From Paramecium tetraurelia (Eukaryota): a stretch of DNA of 58,492 bases. The translations under genes were made by a program, and so were the position numbers. Below are positions 11,020 to 24,600 of the stretch, one piece after another (within the stretch, counting starts at the first letter, position 1; each line of letters begins with the position of its first letter). The stretch lies in NCBI GenBank assembly GCA_000165425.1, contig CT868037.1:186001-244492 (forward strand), read 5' to 3'. The notes below the pieces were generated by a model. That model ran no database searches and was not told where the DNA came from. It was given only the letters and a program-made list of their open reading frames with translations.

Positions 11020-12524
11020 TCAATGTGACTCTTTCTTGCCTGGTAATAACTTAGCCAAAAATCCATGATCGTTACTTTCACCTTCTGGCAATTTGAAGCT
11101 CTTCTTGATCTTGTAATAAGGAGGTCCCCAATTCTTTTCCAAGTAGATATCTATGAATGCCTTCTTGAAATTCTTGCACCAATTATAATATCTACATAAT
11201 CATAAATAGAGTCTACCTCAAAGCAGCCAAGAAGCCTCCATTTGAGAAATAAAGGTTGTGCCAAGCATTCTCATTGTTGTACTTGTGACACAAGAAGGTC
11301 AAGGTATTTTAACCTAACAAAATTGGCACCTTACTGTATCCATCGTATTCGGCATTCAGTGACTTACCTGCAATGTTTCTTTCTATATTATTTCTAACAA
11401 CATGAAGTTGATGGAACCCTGCCCAGAAACAATTTGTTGTAGGAACATCATTCACATCACCAAGTCCGAAAATGTTCTTATATTTGTTGTGCTATAAGGT
11501 TTTGATGTTGACATCCAACAATCCCTTTGATGTGGTGAGACCAGCCTTAACTAATTAGTCATGAGGCTTGGTGGGTGCAACTGCATACAAATGATTGAAT
11601 GGTCTTGTTTATCTGCTACCAGTTTTGATGTCTTCAAAAATGGCAGTGTTTTGTTACTTATTCACTTCAACCAATTTCAAACCATATTCCACATTGATAT
11701 TTCTGCGCTTGATTTCTTCCTTGAAGAATTAGTCTCCTGCATCATTATACTAAACGAATCGCTCATTTGGTTAAATAATTGTGAGTCTCTTTATTGGAGA
11801 TTGACGGCCATTTGCTGTTTGCCATTCCCAAATTCTTTAACTCAATAGGAAATTGTAAGATTCCACTTCTCCACTGAATGGGAATTGAGGAATGCAGAAA
11901 TATGCTTCACCATGATTGAAATTGTAATGCCATCTGGTGTATGTTATGATTGGATGATCTCCAACTTGGATGATCGAGGTTTGTGAACACTGGAGAATCA
12001 AAATCTTACCAAGCTTCTTCAAATCCCTTGATTGCATCATAATTCACTTATTAGCCTAGAAAAATGTTAACTTATAGATATCATACCCATAGCCACAACT
12101 AATTGACCGTAACTAATACGTCTGCCATTTCTCAATATGATGGCATTCTCTTCTGGCAATATCGTTTGGGATCCCACTTAATCTGAATGAGCTGTGTACA
12201 TGTTAAGTGACAATTTGGCATTTAATAAGAAATCTGTCTTTGCTGTCTTCTATTGTTCATAGATCTATCTGATTGGTGTTATTTAATTGATATTCTAATC
12301 CAAAACTACCATGGTCTTGTATTTTCCATGTGAGACCTATTCAATTAATTAGAATATCCCAATACCTTGTCTAATTGTCTGCTTAACACACCTCCCAAAT
12401 TGCACCCAATAATTACAACATCGTAATGATCAAGATCTTTCTTCGTAGGCTTTCGCTTGTTAAACACACCCGCAAAGTAGCGAGGGGTTAGCGAATGCCT
12501 CAATTGCATTCCAGATATGAGCAT
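11020..12524 (-). CDS. ATPTT1-like: Sulfide:quinone oxidoreductase-fold mitochondrial protein resembling ciliate ATP synthase subunit ATPTT1; has a +1 frameshift at about 11943 (error or pseudogene)
   Basis: Mitochondrial-presequence-like N-terminus MLISGMQLRHSLTPRYFAG. Motifs YDVVIIGCNLGG, ISYGQLVVAMG, YDAIKGFEEA, GLLDVNIKTLQHNKYKNIFGLGD and YDGYSKVP. Introns near 12337-12365, 12056-12086 and about 11192-11216. TGA 11020-11022. The ATPTT1 similarity is from my recollection of the Tetrahymena protein, not a search. Confidence 0.8.
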
Positions 12525-12804
12525 TTTTAAATTAATCAAATAATATACACTAAACTTTCATACACATAGGTATTTTGAGTATTCCTTTAATAATTACATT
12601 ATAATAGGAGATATGAATAAATTCTAGAACCATCTGATATTAATTGAAGTAGATGAATCCATTTATTAATACATATTTAATATTTGGATCATGCAATGAC
12701 TTTTATCTCCCATTAATTTTTATTCTATATGATGGTAGAATTGCTGGATCTATATATACCGAAGAAGCAATCAAATTTCGATATTAATAATTTAATTATT
12801 TAAT

Positions 12805-14253
12805 ATGGATAAGGCCATATATTGCAAAAAGCATCCTAAATTTTTCATCTAATGGTTAAGGTTTTTACCAGAAAATGTAGAATTTGGCTGTAACAAATGT
12901 TAAAATGATTTGAAAAATGTACACACATCCTATATTTGCCAGATGTATTTTAATAAAAAATATATAGATTATTGAAAATCCGAATATCATCATACCTCAT
13001 CTTCCGATTCCGATTGATGCGTAGATCATCTAATTTTACGACAATTTGTACAAATTTTCTGAGTAAGAATTGGAATAATTTTATCTACCATTTGAAATGG
13101 AGCTGATCAGATTAAGGGACCTGTTAGAGAATCTTATTAAGAATGGAAGAGAAAATTTAGAGAAATCCAAAGAGAAGTTTAAAGAATCTAAATAACAGCT
13201 GTAATAAGTATAAAGAAATAACTATTATTAGGAACTCAAATTTGAAAAAATTGCTCAATTACTTAAGGAACTTTAATTAAAATCATATGAAGATAAAAGT
13301 GTGCAGGATTAAATTTTATAAAAATTGTTGAAATCAAAATACAAATAAATGAAGATTTACTGAAAGAATAAAGCAGTAAGATTAAAAAGATATTAAATGA
13401 ATGTTCATTAACAATATACAAGTAAGTTATATCGTAAATATTGAAGATTTAATTTGAATTGCAATAAGTAAATCAATGAAATATCAACTTAAATTAATCA
13501 AGCAACAGAAAACTTAAAATAATACTTCGTTAAATCGTTTAATGCTGTCTATCGCGAAAATACGTAGCATCTTCTTTTCATCAATCCATCAAATTAATCA
13601 AGAAATCCTTATTTACAATATAATTAGAGTTAAGCTCCGGTTACTAAGCCCCCAGTCTAACCTTACCCTCATTACTGTTCAAAAATTTTACCACAATATT
13701 ATTATGACTACATTTTAGAGAAAGTCAATATTAATACACACTCCTAGCCTTTGGGTAATAATATTTATTATGAACACTCCTTACCAATGCCTTTAGGTAA
13801 TAATTTCAAATAAGAACCAGTATAAAAATATTATGAATTTACTCCAACAAACTAAGATATCGCAAAAGGATTATGTTTCTGGATGGTTATTCATGAAAAT
13901 TAAGTTAGGGCAAAATTATTGATTTTTAAATCTAATAATAATGGAAATCCAATTTTTGGTTATTTCAAATCTAATATGATAGAGTTTATTTTTTCATTTA
14001 CTCATAATGAAATTTATCCAAAAAAAAATAAGGTCAGCCAAATTAATTTTAAAATAAAGTATATTAAGATGTGAGTCAGAGTTTTATAGTCGGGAATATG
14101 GATATATAAATTTATCCTAACCTGATTGATGGGCAATCGAATTTGGGTTAAGAGTTCCTATGGGATAGTTAAAATGACAATATTGAAAAGACAGAATACT
14201 TGTTTGGAGGACCAAAGCCAAATATCATGATATGTGAAGTATTTTATTTTTGA
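12805..14253 (+). CDS. TLDc-domain protein with an N-terminal C/H Zn-finger-like motif and coiled coil
   Basis: MDKAIYCKKHP...FGCNKC at the start. C-terminal LLIFKSNNNGNPIFGYF...FIFSFTHNEIYP...GQSNLGQEFLWD...YLFGGPKPNIMICEVFYF-TGA is typical of the expanded Paramecium TLDc family. Internal exon structure not fully resolved. Confidence 0.65.
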
Positions 14254-16997
14254 TAAACATATCAAACAAAAATCAATACAATAATATTATTGTATTTCCT
14301 GATATGAAGAGTTCATATTTTCATAAGAAATTAAATATTAATATTTATACTTTTACATAAATAATTTCTATTTATATACTGAAAGCTATTGATTTCACCA
14401 TTTTCTTTAGAGTAAGATTTAGATTTTATATGAAAAGAAACTGACAAAAGGGTAATTTTACTAATTATTGATAATCACTTTTAAATGGAATTTTAGTATT
14501 AAATTTAAAAGTATTTAGATAAATAAGTTATTTTGAATATTGGCAACAATATATATAAAACATTATTTTAATTCTCAAAAACATATTCTTACTCAATAGA
14601 AATTAGTATAATTATTTAAATTTAAATTTTTTACTTAACTTGAGGTCGGAAACTTGAATAAAAATTAATTTTAAGTGATTCCTTTTGAATGTTAGAGAAA
14701 TACACTTTAGAAACAATTGAAAATAAATAGATGCATAATATATGAAGCCCTCTTATAAAACTACCCAAAGTGTAAGAATAGAATGAACCTAAGGAAATTT
14801 CTTATCTCTCTACTCAATAATTTTCCATTTCTATATTCGTTTATTTTGTTCATTTATAATCTGATGATTTGAAAAGAGTTATGACTGAGATCATTTATTG
14901 ATTTGAATTCCATTAAGAAGTCTGCTATATAAATTTAAATATAAATTTTCTAAAATAAATTAGCGAATAAACTCTTCAGTTAAATCAACATCAAAATCTT
15001 CATTCTTTTTAAAAGGACAATAGACATTATTTGATAGTTGATAAATAGCACATAGCCAGATACATTGATACCTGATATTTATTATCATTTCTGAATAATG
15101 AACTTAAAATTATGTTTGGTTTTATTGATTATTTTAATGTTTTCTTGGCTTTTCTTCCGGTGACAATTAATCGATTGTTTATTGTTTGGTAAAATCTACT
15201 TATTCTTGGCATGGTGAATAAAAAAACAATTTGTATACAGTATTGCATTCACTTTCAATTGATGAAAGTAGTGAAACCGATATCATAAAACAATCATAAC
15301 GTAATCAACTACAAAAAGGAAGTAAATACTATGACAATAGTAAAACTACCATTATTTTAGGACCACAGACATAGTATCTAAGAATTATAAACAGTGGAGT
15401 AAAAATGTTTCATTGAGAAAACCAGCATGGATCTTTATCTATATTGATATATATTTGTTAAGACAAAAATGACTTATAATTTATCAAGTCCTAGCTTTCT
15501 TGATCCTTTTAGCTAATGCACATTTAAATTTTAAAAGATTTCTATAAGAAAGTTCATCATTTGAAGTTTCAATGACTAAAAAGCTTAGTCGTTATTGATA
15601 AATTTCTGTCCTCTTAACAGTTTGTGCTTCTTCACATATATCTGTTTTATCACTCCATATTGTAACTGACTCGTCATTGTAGCAATTTTAATTCATTTGT
15701 TTGGTTAATTGGCAAAAAGGTCTGAGTATAGGAAAACTTTATTAAATAAATAAATAAATAGAGGCTTGAAAACTAAAACTATTTAAAACCAAAAAGTGAT
15801 TGATAAAATTGAAGAAAATCTACTTGTCTTCGAAGCTACTTTAAAAATTTGCTCACAATAAAACAAACAACAAAACTCACTAAAACGGATTTTATTGTGT
15901 TTAAGAATGTGCCAATAATAGTACTTATTAAAGGAAATTTATAAAATAAGCATATAATTAAAGATACAAAAGACATGTGAGAATAAATATTATTTTGATT
16001 TAATCTTTATTAATTTCTCTGTTTGAGTAAATAAGACAATTGGCATCGTTGAGCACTTGGCAAACTACATAATAATTAATATCAAAATTAGTATCATTAC
16101 ATAAATATAAGAAATTAGAAATTGGGTCTTTTGCTATTATATCCATTAAGTATTCTAAACCAAATTCGCTTTAAATCAGATATTGAAGTATCAAAAATAC
16201 ATATCTATATTTAAGTAAAATTAGTGTTACGATACCAACTAACTTTAAAGTATAGTGACTTAATCTTCCAACCTCAGTAAACTAGAGTTTACTATTTCTT
16301 CCCTTGTTTGGTTTACTGAACTCATATAAAATGAATTTCATAGCAATCCAACCCTCCTTAAAATCTATTATTCTTTGATCAATTATTTTTATATTTATAC
16401 AATTTTTCTCACCCAAAATTCATGCTATCCTCATTCTCCCTATTATAGTAGAACAGTGAAAAGATAGAATGCTTATCTATAAATAGTATATTATTAAGAT
16501 AGTTTTATTTTGCTTGATATAATTTTTTTTCAAAAAAAATTAATTATAATAGGTGACTCGCGCATTAAGAAAAAGTCTCTGATTTCAAAGGTTTTTTATT
16601 ACAGAGGAGAATAGTGGTTTTTCCCCACAAATATTTAATATCCATCTGTTATAAAAATTAAATATCCAATTTATCTTTGTATATCTGCATATATCATAAT
16701 TGTGTGGCTATTAAAATTTTTCAATTTTTAAGATTTATTAATATACTCAAAAGAGTATTTCCAATAAACTAAAATATTTACCATCTAATGAATAAAATCT
16801 TCATTTTTTAACAGAGATTTGTTCGTTAGTGTAAGATCACATTATGAAGGACTTTTCAAATTTAAGCAATTATTAATCTTACCATTATAGATCTAATCTC
16901 AAATGCTCTTTTACTAATATTTGTTATTCGCAATTTAATTTCATATACTTAACAAATTGTGTTAATGATTACATAAAAATAGAAATATTAATTATTA

Positions 16998-17593
16998 TCA
17001 TTACAATTCCATCTGTGGATCTTCATTGGTCTACCAGCCTGTTAGATCAGCCATAGACTAGAAATGAGTGATGATTAGATTGTTTTAATTGATTTGAGCT
17101 TATTTTTAATCGATAAAGCTTGTTAATAACTGTTTTCTCTTTATTCTTGCAAAAGGGTACCAAGATTTAGTTTCTTTTGGAGGATACTATACTTGTCCAC
17201 CCTTTTTTAAATAATGTTAATGCTTTATCTTGTTTTGAGGATTATCCAAATGTAAACAGGTCCTCTTAAACTTCGGACTTTCAAGAGTGGAATGCTTATT
17301 GCTCGAGGTGATTCTATGAGAATGGATAACAACTGGTTAACATAATTAACTCATGAGAATTTTGTTGTCTTGTAACTGTATAATCAATTGCTAAGGCTCC
17401 TTTGTAGCTTCTTACCCTAACTATTTAACCTACTTACGATTCTTCGTGATTGGTTTTGCGACATCGGCTTTGGAGTTTAAGTTGGATTCATCTATCTATC
17501 TTGTATCATTCTAATATTTGATCTCATTTGTTTGTTGAGCATGGTTTCCATATAAATACAATCCACCGACGAGCTAGCCTTGTATTTCTTCAT
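16998..17593 (-). CDS. Hypothetical ciliate-specific protein ending in the LTGWQTNED motif
   Basis: Long open frame ending ADLTGWQTNEDPQMELQ-TGA (16998-17000). The likely start MKKYKASSSVD at 17593 requires a very short intron at about 17421-17437. Confidence 0.6.
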
Positions 17594-17991
17594 AAAAATA
17601 TAAAATGATATTAATGATATAATTTATTATACACAAAAAATAGACATAAACCATATACTCAGTGAAAGAAATAATCTAAATTCATTTCATCCCTTTATTA
17701 TATCGTTATTAATAAGCTACTTAAAATATCAATTATTTGATTTACTGCTTTATTGAAGGATAATTAAGTGTTATAATATTATATTTTGCTCTATCTATAT
17801 AGGATTATTTATCATTTTATTCTCTGCTAGGGTTTAGAATGATCTTATTTTTTGAATATTATATTTTACAAGATAAAATATTTATTTTACTGGGAATTAT
17901 CAAACTTTATATTTTTATGAATTATGTATTAAATTTACTGCTTTTTGAAGTCAGCATATTAATGTTGAAATTGTATCAAATTATATATATA

Positions 17992-20969
17992 TCAAGAAAA
18001 TTTGGATTTGTGATGTCCTTTAATTAATTTGGTTTTGAAAGCATTTTTGCTTGAATATACACCTGATGATAGTTATTATTGTTTGAATTCTTGAAGATCA
18101 GTTAGAATATTGTAATTGTCTTCTTCTTCTTCATCATAGTCTTATTATTAGAACACGTCCTTATATTCTGAGTCATCATACTTTTTGAGATCCTAATCAT
18201 TCTAATTTTGTTGATTCTAGTATGAGAACTACTTTTGTTTGAATTGTTCGTATGCCTTCAAAGCATTCTTTGCTCTACCCAAAGCCTTTTCCTTTTTGTC
18301 TTCTTTTTCTGCTTAAATTTATTGTTTTTACTAATCCTTTTGTTATTTACTCCCATACAATCGATCCAGTAATTGTTGCTTAGATGAACTGATTTGTCCA
18401 TCACTTTTCTCAACTTTGGTTGGGATAATCGTATCTTTTAATTCCTCCAATAATTCATTGGCTTCCTATTCTGCGGCTTCAGCTCTAGACTTTTCATCTA
18501 TTCTGTAACCCCAATTAGCATCATGGCCCAAAATTAATGCACCTATTTTTGAGATCTATCCATTTTTAAATGCCCACAAATAACAACAACAATCAAATGA
18601 GGATGTTGCAAAATGCGACCCATCTTTGCAAACCTCTATGAATGTAATACCATCTTAATGGGCTTTTCTTTAATACCCGACTTCCTTAATGTCTCCTATA
18701 ACAAATATCTATTTAAATTTCATAATTAAATACTTAAGCAATATCTTCTTATCCATAGTCCATGGCTGTTACAAATGTGTCAGCATCATTGTTCTTTCTC
18801 GTCTTTATCTTTTACTCTACTTAATGAAGATCCACCTTATCCAAGACTTGTTTAATATTCCAGATCTTTAGATTACCTAACTCATCGCCCAAATATAGTA
18901 AATCATCATGGTAATTTATTGAAGTCACAGGAAACTATCGATATATATTCATAATTTACTGTTTCTTCCTAATTAGTCAAAGAGATGGCTTTATAGGTCT
19001 TTTACAATAGTAACTTAGATTTGAATTTGCTTTCCAAGACTCCTATGAAGTATACATTCCCAATAGAATCAACACTCACGATACAATTATGGGTATCCAA
19101 AAACATCACTTTTTTCAACTCATATTGGCCTTTCCAAACTAACTCTTGTCTATAAGAAACCAAATCTATAATAAAGATGGCTCCATCATCAGCACAACTG
19201 ACTAAGTGTTCGCTGTCCTATTTTACATGAAGTGAATTGACACTTAGATGATGTTACTTCATCTTGTATCTACAAGATTTGTGAGCATCTTGAGAATCTT
19301 CATCATGGATATTAACAGTATCCTCTCTACTGCAACTAATGACTCTCCTATTGGTGTCATTACTCCAATGAGCTAAGTCAGTAATCATTTTATGATGTCT
19401 TTCAAATTTCTTCATTTTTGCACCATTTTTGATATTTACTGTAAATATTCTGCCTTCTGCATCTCCGATAAACAACTTCCTTTATCTTGCATCAATAATC
19501 ATTGTAGTTAATTCAGCAACACTCAATTCTCTATAAACCTATTACAGTTTTCCAGTTCTGGCATCCCAAGTCTTAACACTATCCGGATGAAGAGTGATGA
19601 AGCAAGTTAATGTTTAATTATATAAAACCTTGAGACACATTTTCTCATCAGTCAACATCTAATCTTTAGGCTCATCGTATTCATAGAAAAACATCTTTCT
19701 TGCTCCAACCACAATTTGTTTCTTTGGATATGTTAATGTAAATGCTTGGATTTCATCAGCAGGAACATTGAAGGTTTATATTTGAAGAAAGTTTCTGACA
19801 TCCCACACTTTAACCATTCCTGATATGTCTGCTGTCACTACTTAAGAAGTCCTGGGCAAACATTTAACTCCAACTAAGGGATGGTTGTGTCCTCTCAGTA
19901 AGAAAATCTTTTCTTTTACGTAAGTATTCCACACAAATGCTTCATGATCTAATCCAGCACTTATCAAACATTAATTCATTGGACTCCAATCACTCCAATC
20001 TAAACTATACACTCCTTTTTCGTGGCCTCTTAACTCTTTCTTAGGCTGATGAGTAGCACTGTCCCACAAACAAATATTGCCATCTAAACCTCCAGTCACT
20101 AGAGTGTTTTACTGATCTATTGCCAGTATGTCGCCAATTGGAGATGAATGTCCATACTGTTATGAGTCTCTTTTGATGAATGGGTTCCAACCTGATAATG
20201 TTCCTCTTTCCTTTAAATCATATGTATCATAGATGTGAATTATAGAATCCGAACCTCCTGTGTATAGAAAATTAGATTGTGATGAACTCCATCTTGCATA
20301 TCTCATGCACAATTATATTTCTGGGACGGAGAGAATTTACTTTAAGTTAAAACTACTTGAGTCCCAGAAATTGATTGTCAAATCATTGCTGCTGCTCGCA
20401 ATTAAATTTTGATCAGGAATAAATTCTGCTGACAACACATATCCCTTGTGGGCATTTACATTCCAAATCAATTCACTTGTGTTGGAGTTATAGACCTTAA
20501 ACTTTGGGGACTCCTTCTCTAACACTAAAAGCATCTTCAACCTGTCAAAAAAATACACTCTATCTATCACAGTCTCATGCTTCTGCTCATCCTTTATGTT
20601 TTCAGCTGGGTGGTAACTCTTTATTACGTCCTTAAATGATCTATCGTTTCTCAATAATCCTAATTCAATTATGTGATTGCTAAATTCAACCCACTCCATT
20701 GTACCGTCACCATTCACATCTATTTCCTTAAACAATTCAATCAAGGCCAATGTAATTTTCTTTGTCTCCTCTTTTGAATCCTTATTGTAATCCAAATGCT
20801 CTAACATGACTTTCAGAAACTGTTAGATTGTCAATCCCTAACCTTTTGAATTTTTGTCCGGAAAGCACCTTTCTATTACTGCCATTTTCTTCTTATGTAA
20901 TTTCTCCATAATGTCTATCTCCTTTTTTTCATAATCTTAATCATATTCCTCATAATCTTGGTTTTTCAT
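17992..20969 (-). CDS. EF-hand plus WD40-repeat protein (WDR49/WDR64-like architecture)
   Basis: ATG 20969 ([10 protein letters not shown]). EF-hand [18 protein letters not shown], then many WD repeats ([11 protein letters not shown]...[16 protein letters not shown]...VKVWD) and a charged tail. Ends [12 protein letters not shown] 17992-17994. Confidence 0.88.
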
Positions 20970-21681
20970 TATTTTTTATACAAATATTAACAACAATAAA
21001 TTAATTATAAACACATATTGAATTTTGAAACAACCATATACATCTGATTCCTTAATTAAATATTACTAATATCACAATCATATCGATCGTAGTTTGGATG
21101 AGGAAACACTTAATTACATTCAATCCTCATAGTAGTTGATAGAATTAAGAAAATGACTGTCATATTTTTCACTTCGAGCCATTTATCTCTGATACATTCA
21201 GACACAACTAATACCCTTAAAAGCATTCTCTCTAAAGTCACAGAGAAAACAGAAAACTTCCAAAAGCTATTAAGATCTAATAAGACAAATTTATACATTA
21301 TATCTATAATCTGACAATTAATGAATTAAGTGTAAGAAGATGAAAATCAAAAAATCTGGATTTTAATTTGATCTATAACTGTATTACTAAAGATATATGA
21401 ATATTTAATCACCTTAATAAAGCGTGTAATGATACTATTCTAAATATCATATTTGCATTTAAATTAAATTTTACTGTCCTGATTGCTTTTCATATATTTT
21501 AGATGTACGATCTAATAAATTGCAATTAAACTCACTTCTAAAAGAATCATTACTAGGATAATAAAAAATAATGAAAGATCCCTAACAAAGGTAATATTTC
21601 TCAACTGTCAATTGAATCTTCTTAGAATTAAATCTTAATATCATATGGACAAAATATTTAAAAAATATTAAATAAAATAGT

Positions 21682-24600
21682 TCAGCCTGATGATTAATGA
21701 AAACTGGATTTCAGACTATCTTATGGAATGTAATGTAAGGGAAATTCTGGATAAATCTTTTGAAACCTGGCTTAGGGTACTTCCAATTTAAAATCAATTT
21801 TATCAGAGGGATCCATTGATGGACTGTTAATAGAATTAATTCCTAATTTTTATTCATGTTTTTCTTATTAGTCATCATGGCTATCTAACAAATCAGTTCT
21901 GATTCTGCCTGGGATTTCTAAATTATTCATCCTAGAAAATATAAAATATTGATTACCGTTTAAATTCTAATATCTTTTTAGCTTAGCATATGAGATGCAC
22001 TCTTAGTTTACCATACCTCTCTCTGATCCTATCCTATTTTTTCTTTTTGCTCTCAAATAACTCATTCAGAAATGGATACCTACTGATCGCTTTTGGAAAA
22101 TGACTCTTGATAAAGTCCTTGACATAATCAATTTGATCATGCAATTTTTAAAAATAGGCAAATAATATTTTAACGAGTATCTCAGCTATGAATAATGCAT
22201 TCAGGATTCCAATAATCACGTAAAATGGCCAAACAATTTCTTATAGATTTGATTATTAGGCAGTGTAAATGGAACTGCCTAAAATAATTGAAACTGCACA
22301 AGCAATGGTGGATTTGGTGTCTAAGTAATTGAGATCGCCTGACATGTAAGGTTTTTGAGCAGTAGTTAGAAAGCTATATCCAAAGAGGACTAAAAACACA
22401 AGGGACGCTTTAATCGGGATGTGATCCTCATAATAAGCCAACACAATTATAATCAATTCCTTCTACAGGATTTTGATCGTCTCCCAATAATAAGCATGCA
22501 ACTTGTATTCATTATAGAGGTAACCCCAGATTTATCTAACTTTCGTAAGATCCAAACGATGCAAATTCTTCCTAACTCCATACCACAAGTAAATGGGCAT
22601 AATGGCTCCAAAGAACAGCAACAAGGGAAAGCAAAAGCCCAACAACCATTTAAAATGCTGATATGTGTCATAGCGATAGGCCACATTCCCTTGAATCCAA
22701 TATTCGTCTGAAATTAGTCTATAGGATATTAAGGAGATCAATCCCCCTATCAAATTCGGCTACAAGTAGATGAACACATAGATGAGAGCTGTAGTGATAT
22801 AAGAGAACCTAAACTTTATGGAGTTAAACAGAATTGCTACTCCTCCCAAAGTAAAGAACACCGTTATATAGGAAGATGCCATCATCAGACTCCATACGAT
22901 CCTAAAGTATATGATCAAAATATCCGAAACGTTTATTAAAAAGCAATCTAGAGAGTATGCCATAGATTCAATAGGGTTGCCAGCACTATTAATGATTGAT
23001 GCCAGTCCTGAAGGCACTTACAGTTAGAATGTAGAAATAGTCGAAATGATTTATAGGTAGTTAGTGAATACCTTAATTAATATGGCTGTGGAAGCCTATT
23101 TTATGACAACCGTGACTCCGAATGCTTTCAATCGAATTCCAATAATAAATTCTTCAATCATCTGGACTGTGCTGCTTACAGACATCAAAATTGAGACTAG
23201 GGTCCATATGCTGATGAAGAATATAGTTAACACATTTCCAAAGATTTCATCGCAACTACCACAGGAATACGAAGAACTTAGTGAGTAAGACCCATCTCCT
23301 CGAACATTGTACAAGTCGCATTACTCACACAAAGCACCTATGTGTCCAACTATGCAAGATTCATCTCCTGGTGACCATCCTCCCTCGCAATTCTCAGTCA
23401 GGTGATAACAGTATTCAATAGTTTGACTATAATAATATGCTCTCCAATAGCTTGATCTTAATTCAATCATTGAAGATTCTATTGATTTCATTTTTAAGTC
23501 ATCCTTATAACTGCAACTCTGAGCACTCCATTGCACCTAGTACTGATTTTGTATGACATCACACAATGTGCAGCCTCCAGAGGTTGAATTTAAGAATTCT
23601 CCTAATTAGCAGTTGAAAGTCTTGATGTCTACTTACAAATTGTAGTTAGTTATGTAATTCTTAATTAAATAGGGAGGATTAGCATCGTATTCTGGAATTG
23701 AGATAATGTTGCACTAGATGTTCAATCTTAAGATGATTTCTTCTTCATACTTCGGATTGAAGTAGATGATTAAATCATCTAGATTGTAATCACCAGTGCT
23801 CTCATTAAATTTCACTTTACTGTAGGATAAACTTCCGACTAATCCTAGTGCTACCACTTCGCTTGTGATGTTGATTATTGTAGGAGTCAGAGTGCAGGTA
23901 GTCCCAGCTAATTTCTTCTCTTGAGTGTTATATTTGTTAAGAGCGATGATACGAAAGGTTAAATTATAAGGAATATACTAGGATTGATATTGATCAAAGA
24001 ATTCATATGACTCTATCTGTCTGCCAGAGGGGAATGTTAAATATTTCACCTTTTCAGATGATCCCAAAATCTTATATGGAGTGACTACTATTTTCTCAAT
24101 GATTGTAGTTGAATTCTGGGTTACTTAAACTTTGGTTAAAAAGGTCTGACCTCCATCGACAGATATTGTCAGAGATCTTGGATTCTCAAAGACATCTGAG
24201 CCAAAGAGAGTTGAATTGTTATTTGATAAAAATACATCCAATTACATCGTTTTCTGCAGCTACTACTTATTCAAGTACAATCCTCCAGCAATTTTGGCCT
24301 CATTTTCAATTATTTCACTTTCAAATATTATCATTTAAGATTCATTAGAATAATAATAGATTGCACCTCCTATCTCTGCTTTATTTTTCTGAAACAAACA
24401 ATTATGAATTATTGTTTTTAGTTAAACAATGAACACTGATCCTCCATAGGTTGCATAGTTGTTTACAAACTTACTATGTATTATCCTAGCTTAATGATCT
24501 AATTTCTCTATCAAATTTATGTAATCATGTTTCTGGAGCTGCCTTCTTCTGTTCGTTGCTAATAGATCACTTCTCAGAAAAGATTAGTCATACTGCGATA

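Noticed and set aside
14300..16950. Coding-like fragments between the TLDc gene and the gene at 16998
   Set aside because: Every frame I tried is interrupted by TGA and no family motif is recognisable. It is possibly old pseudogene debris but cannot be called.
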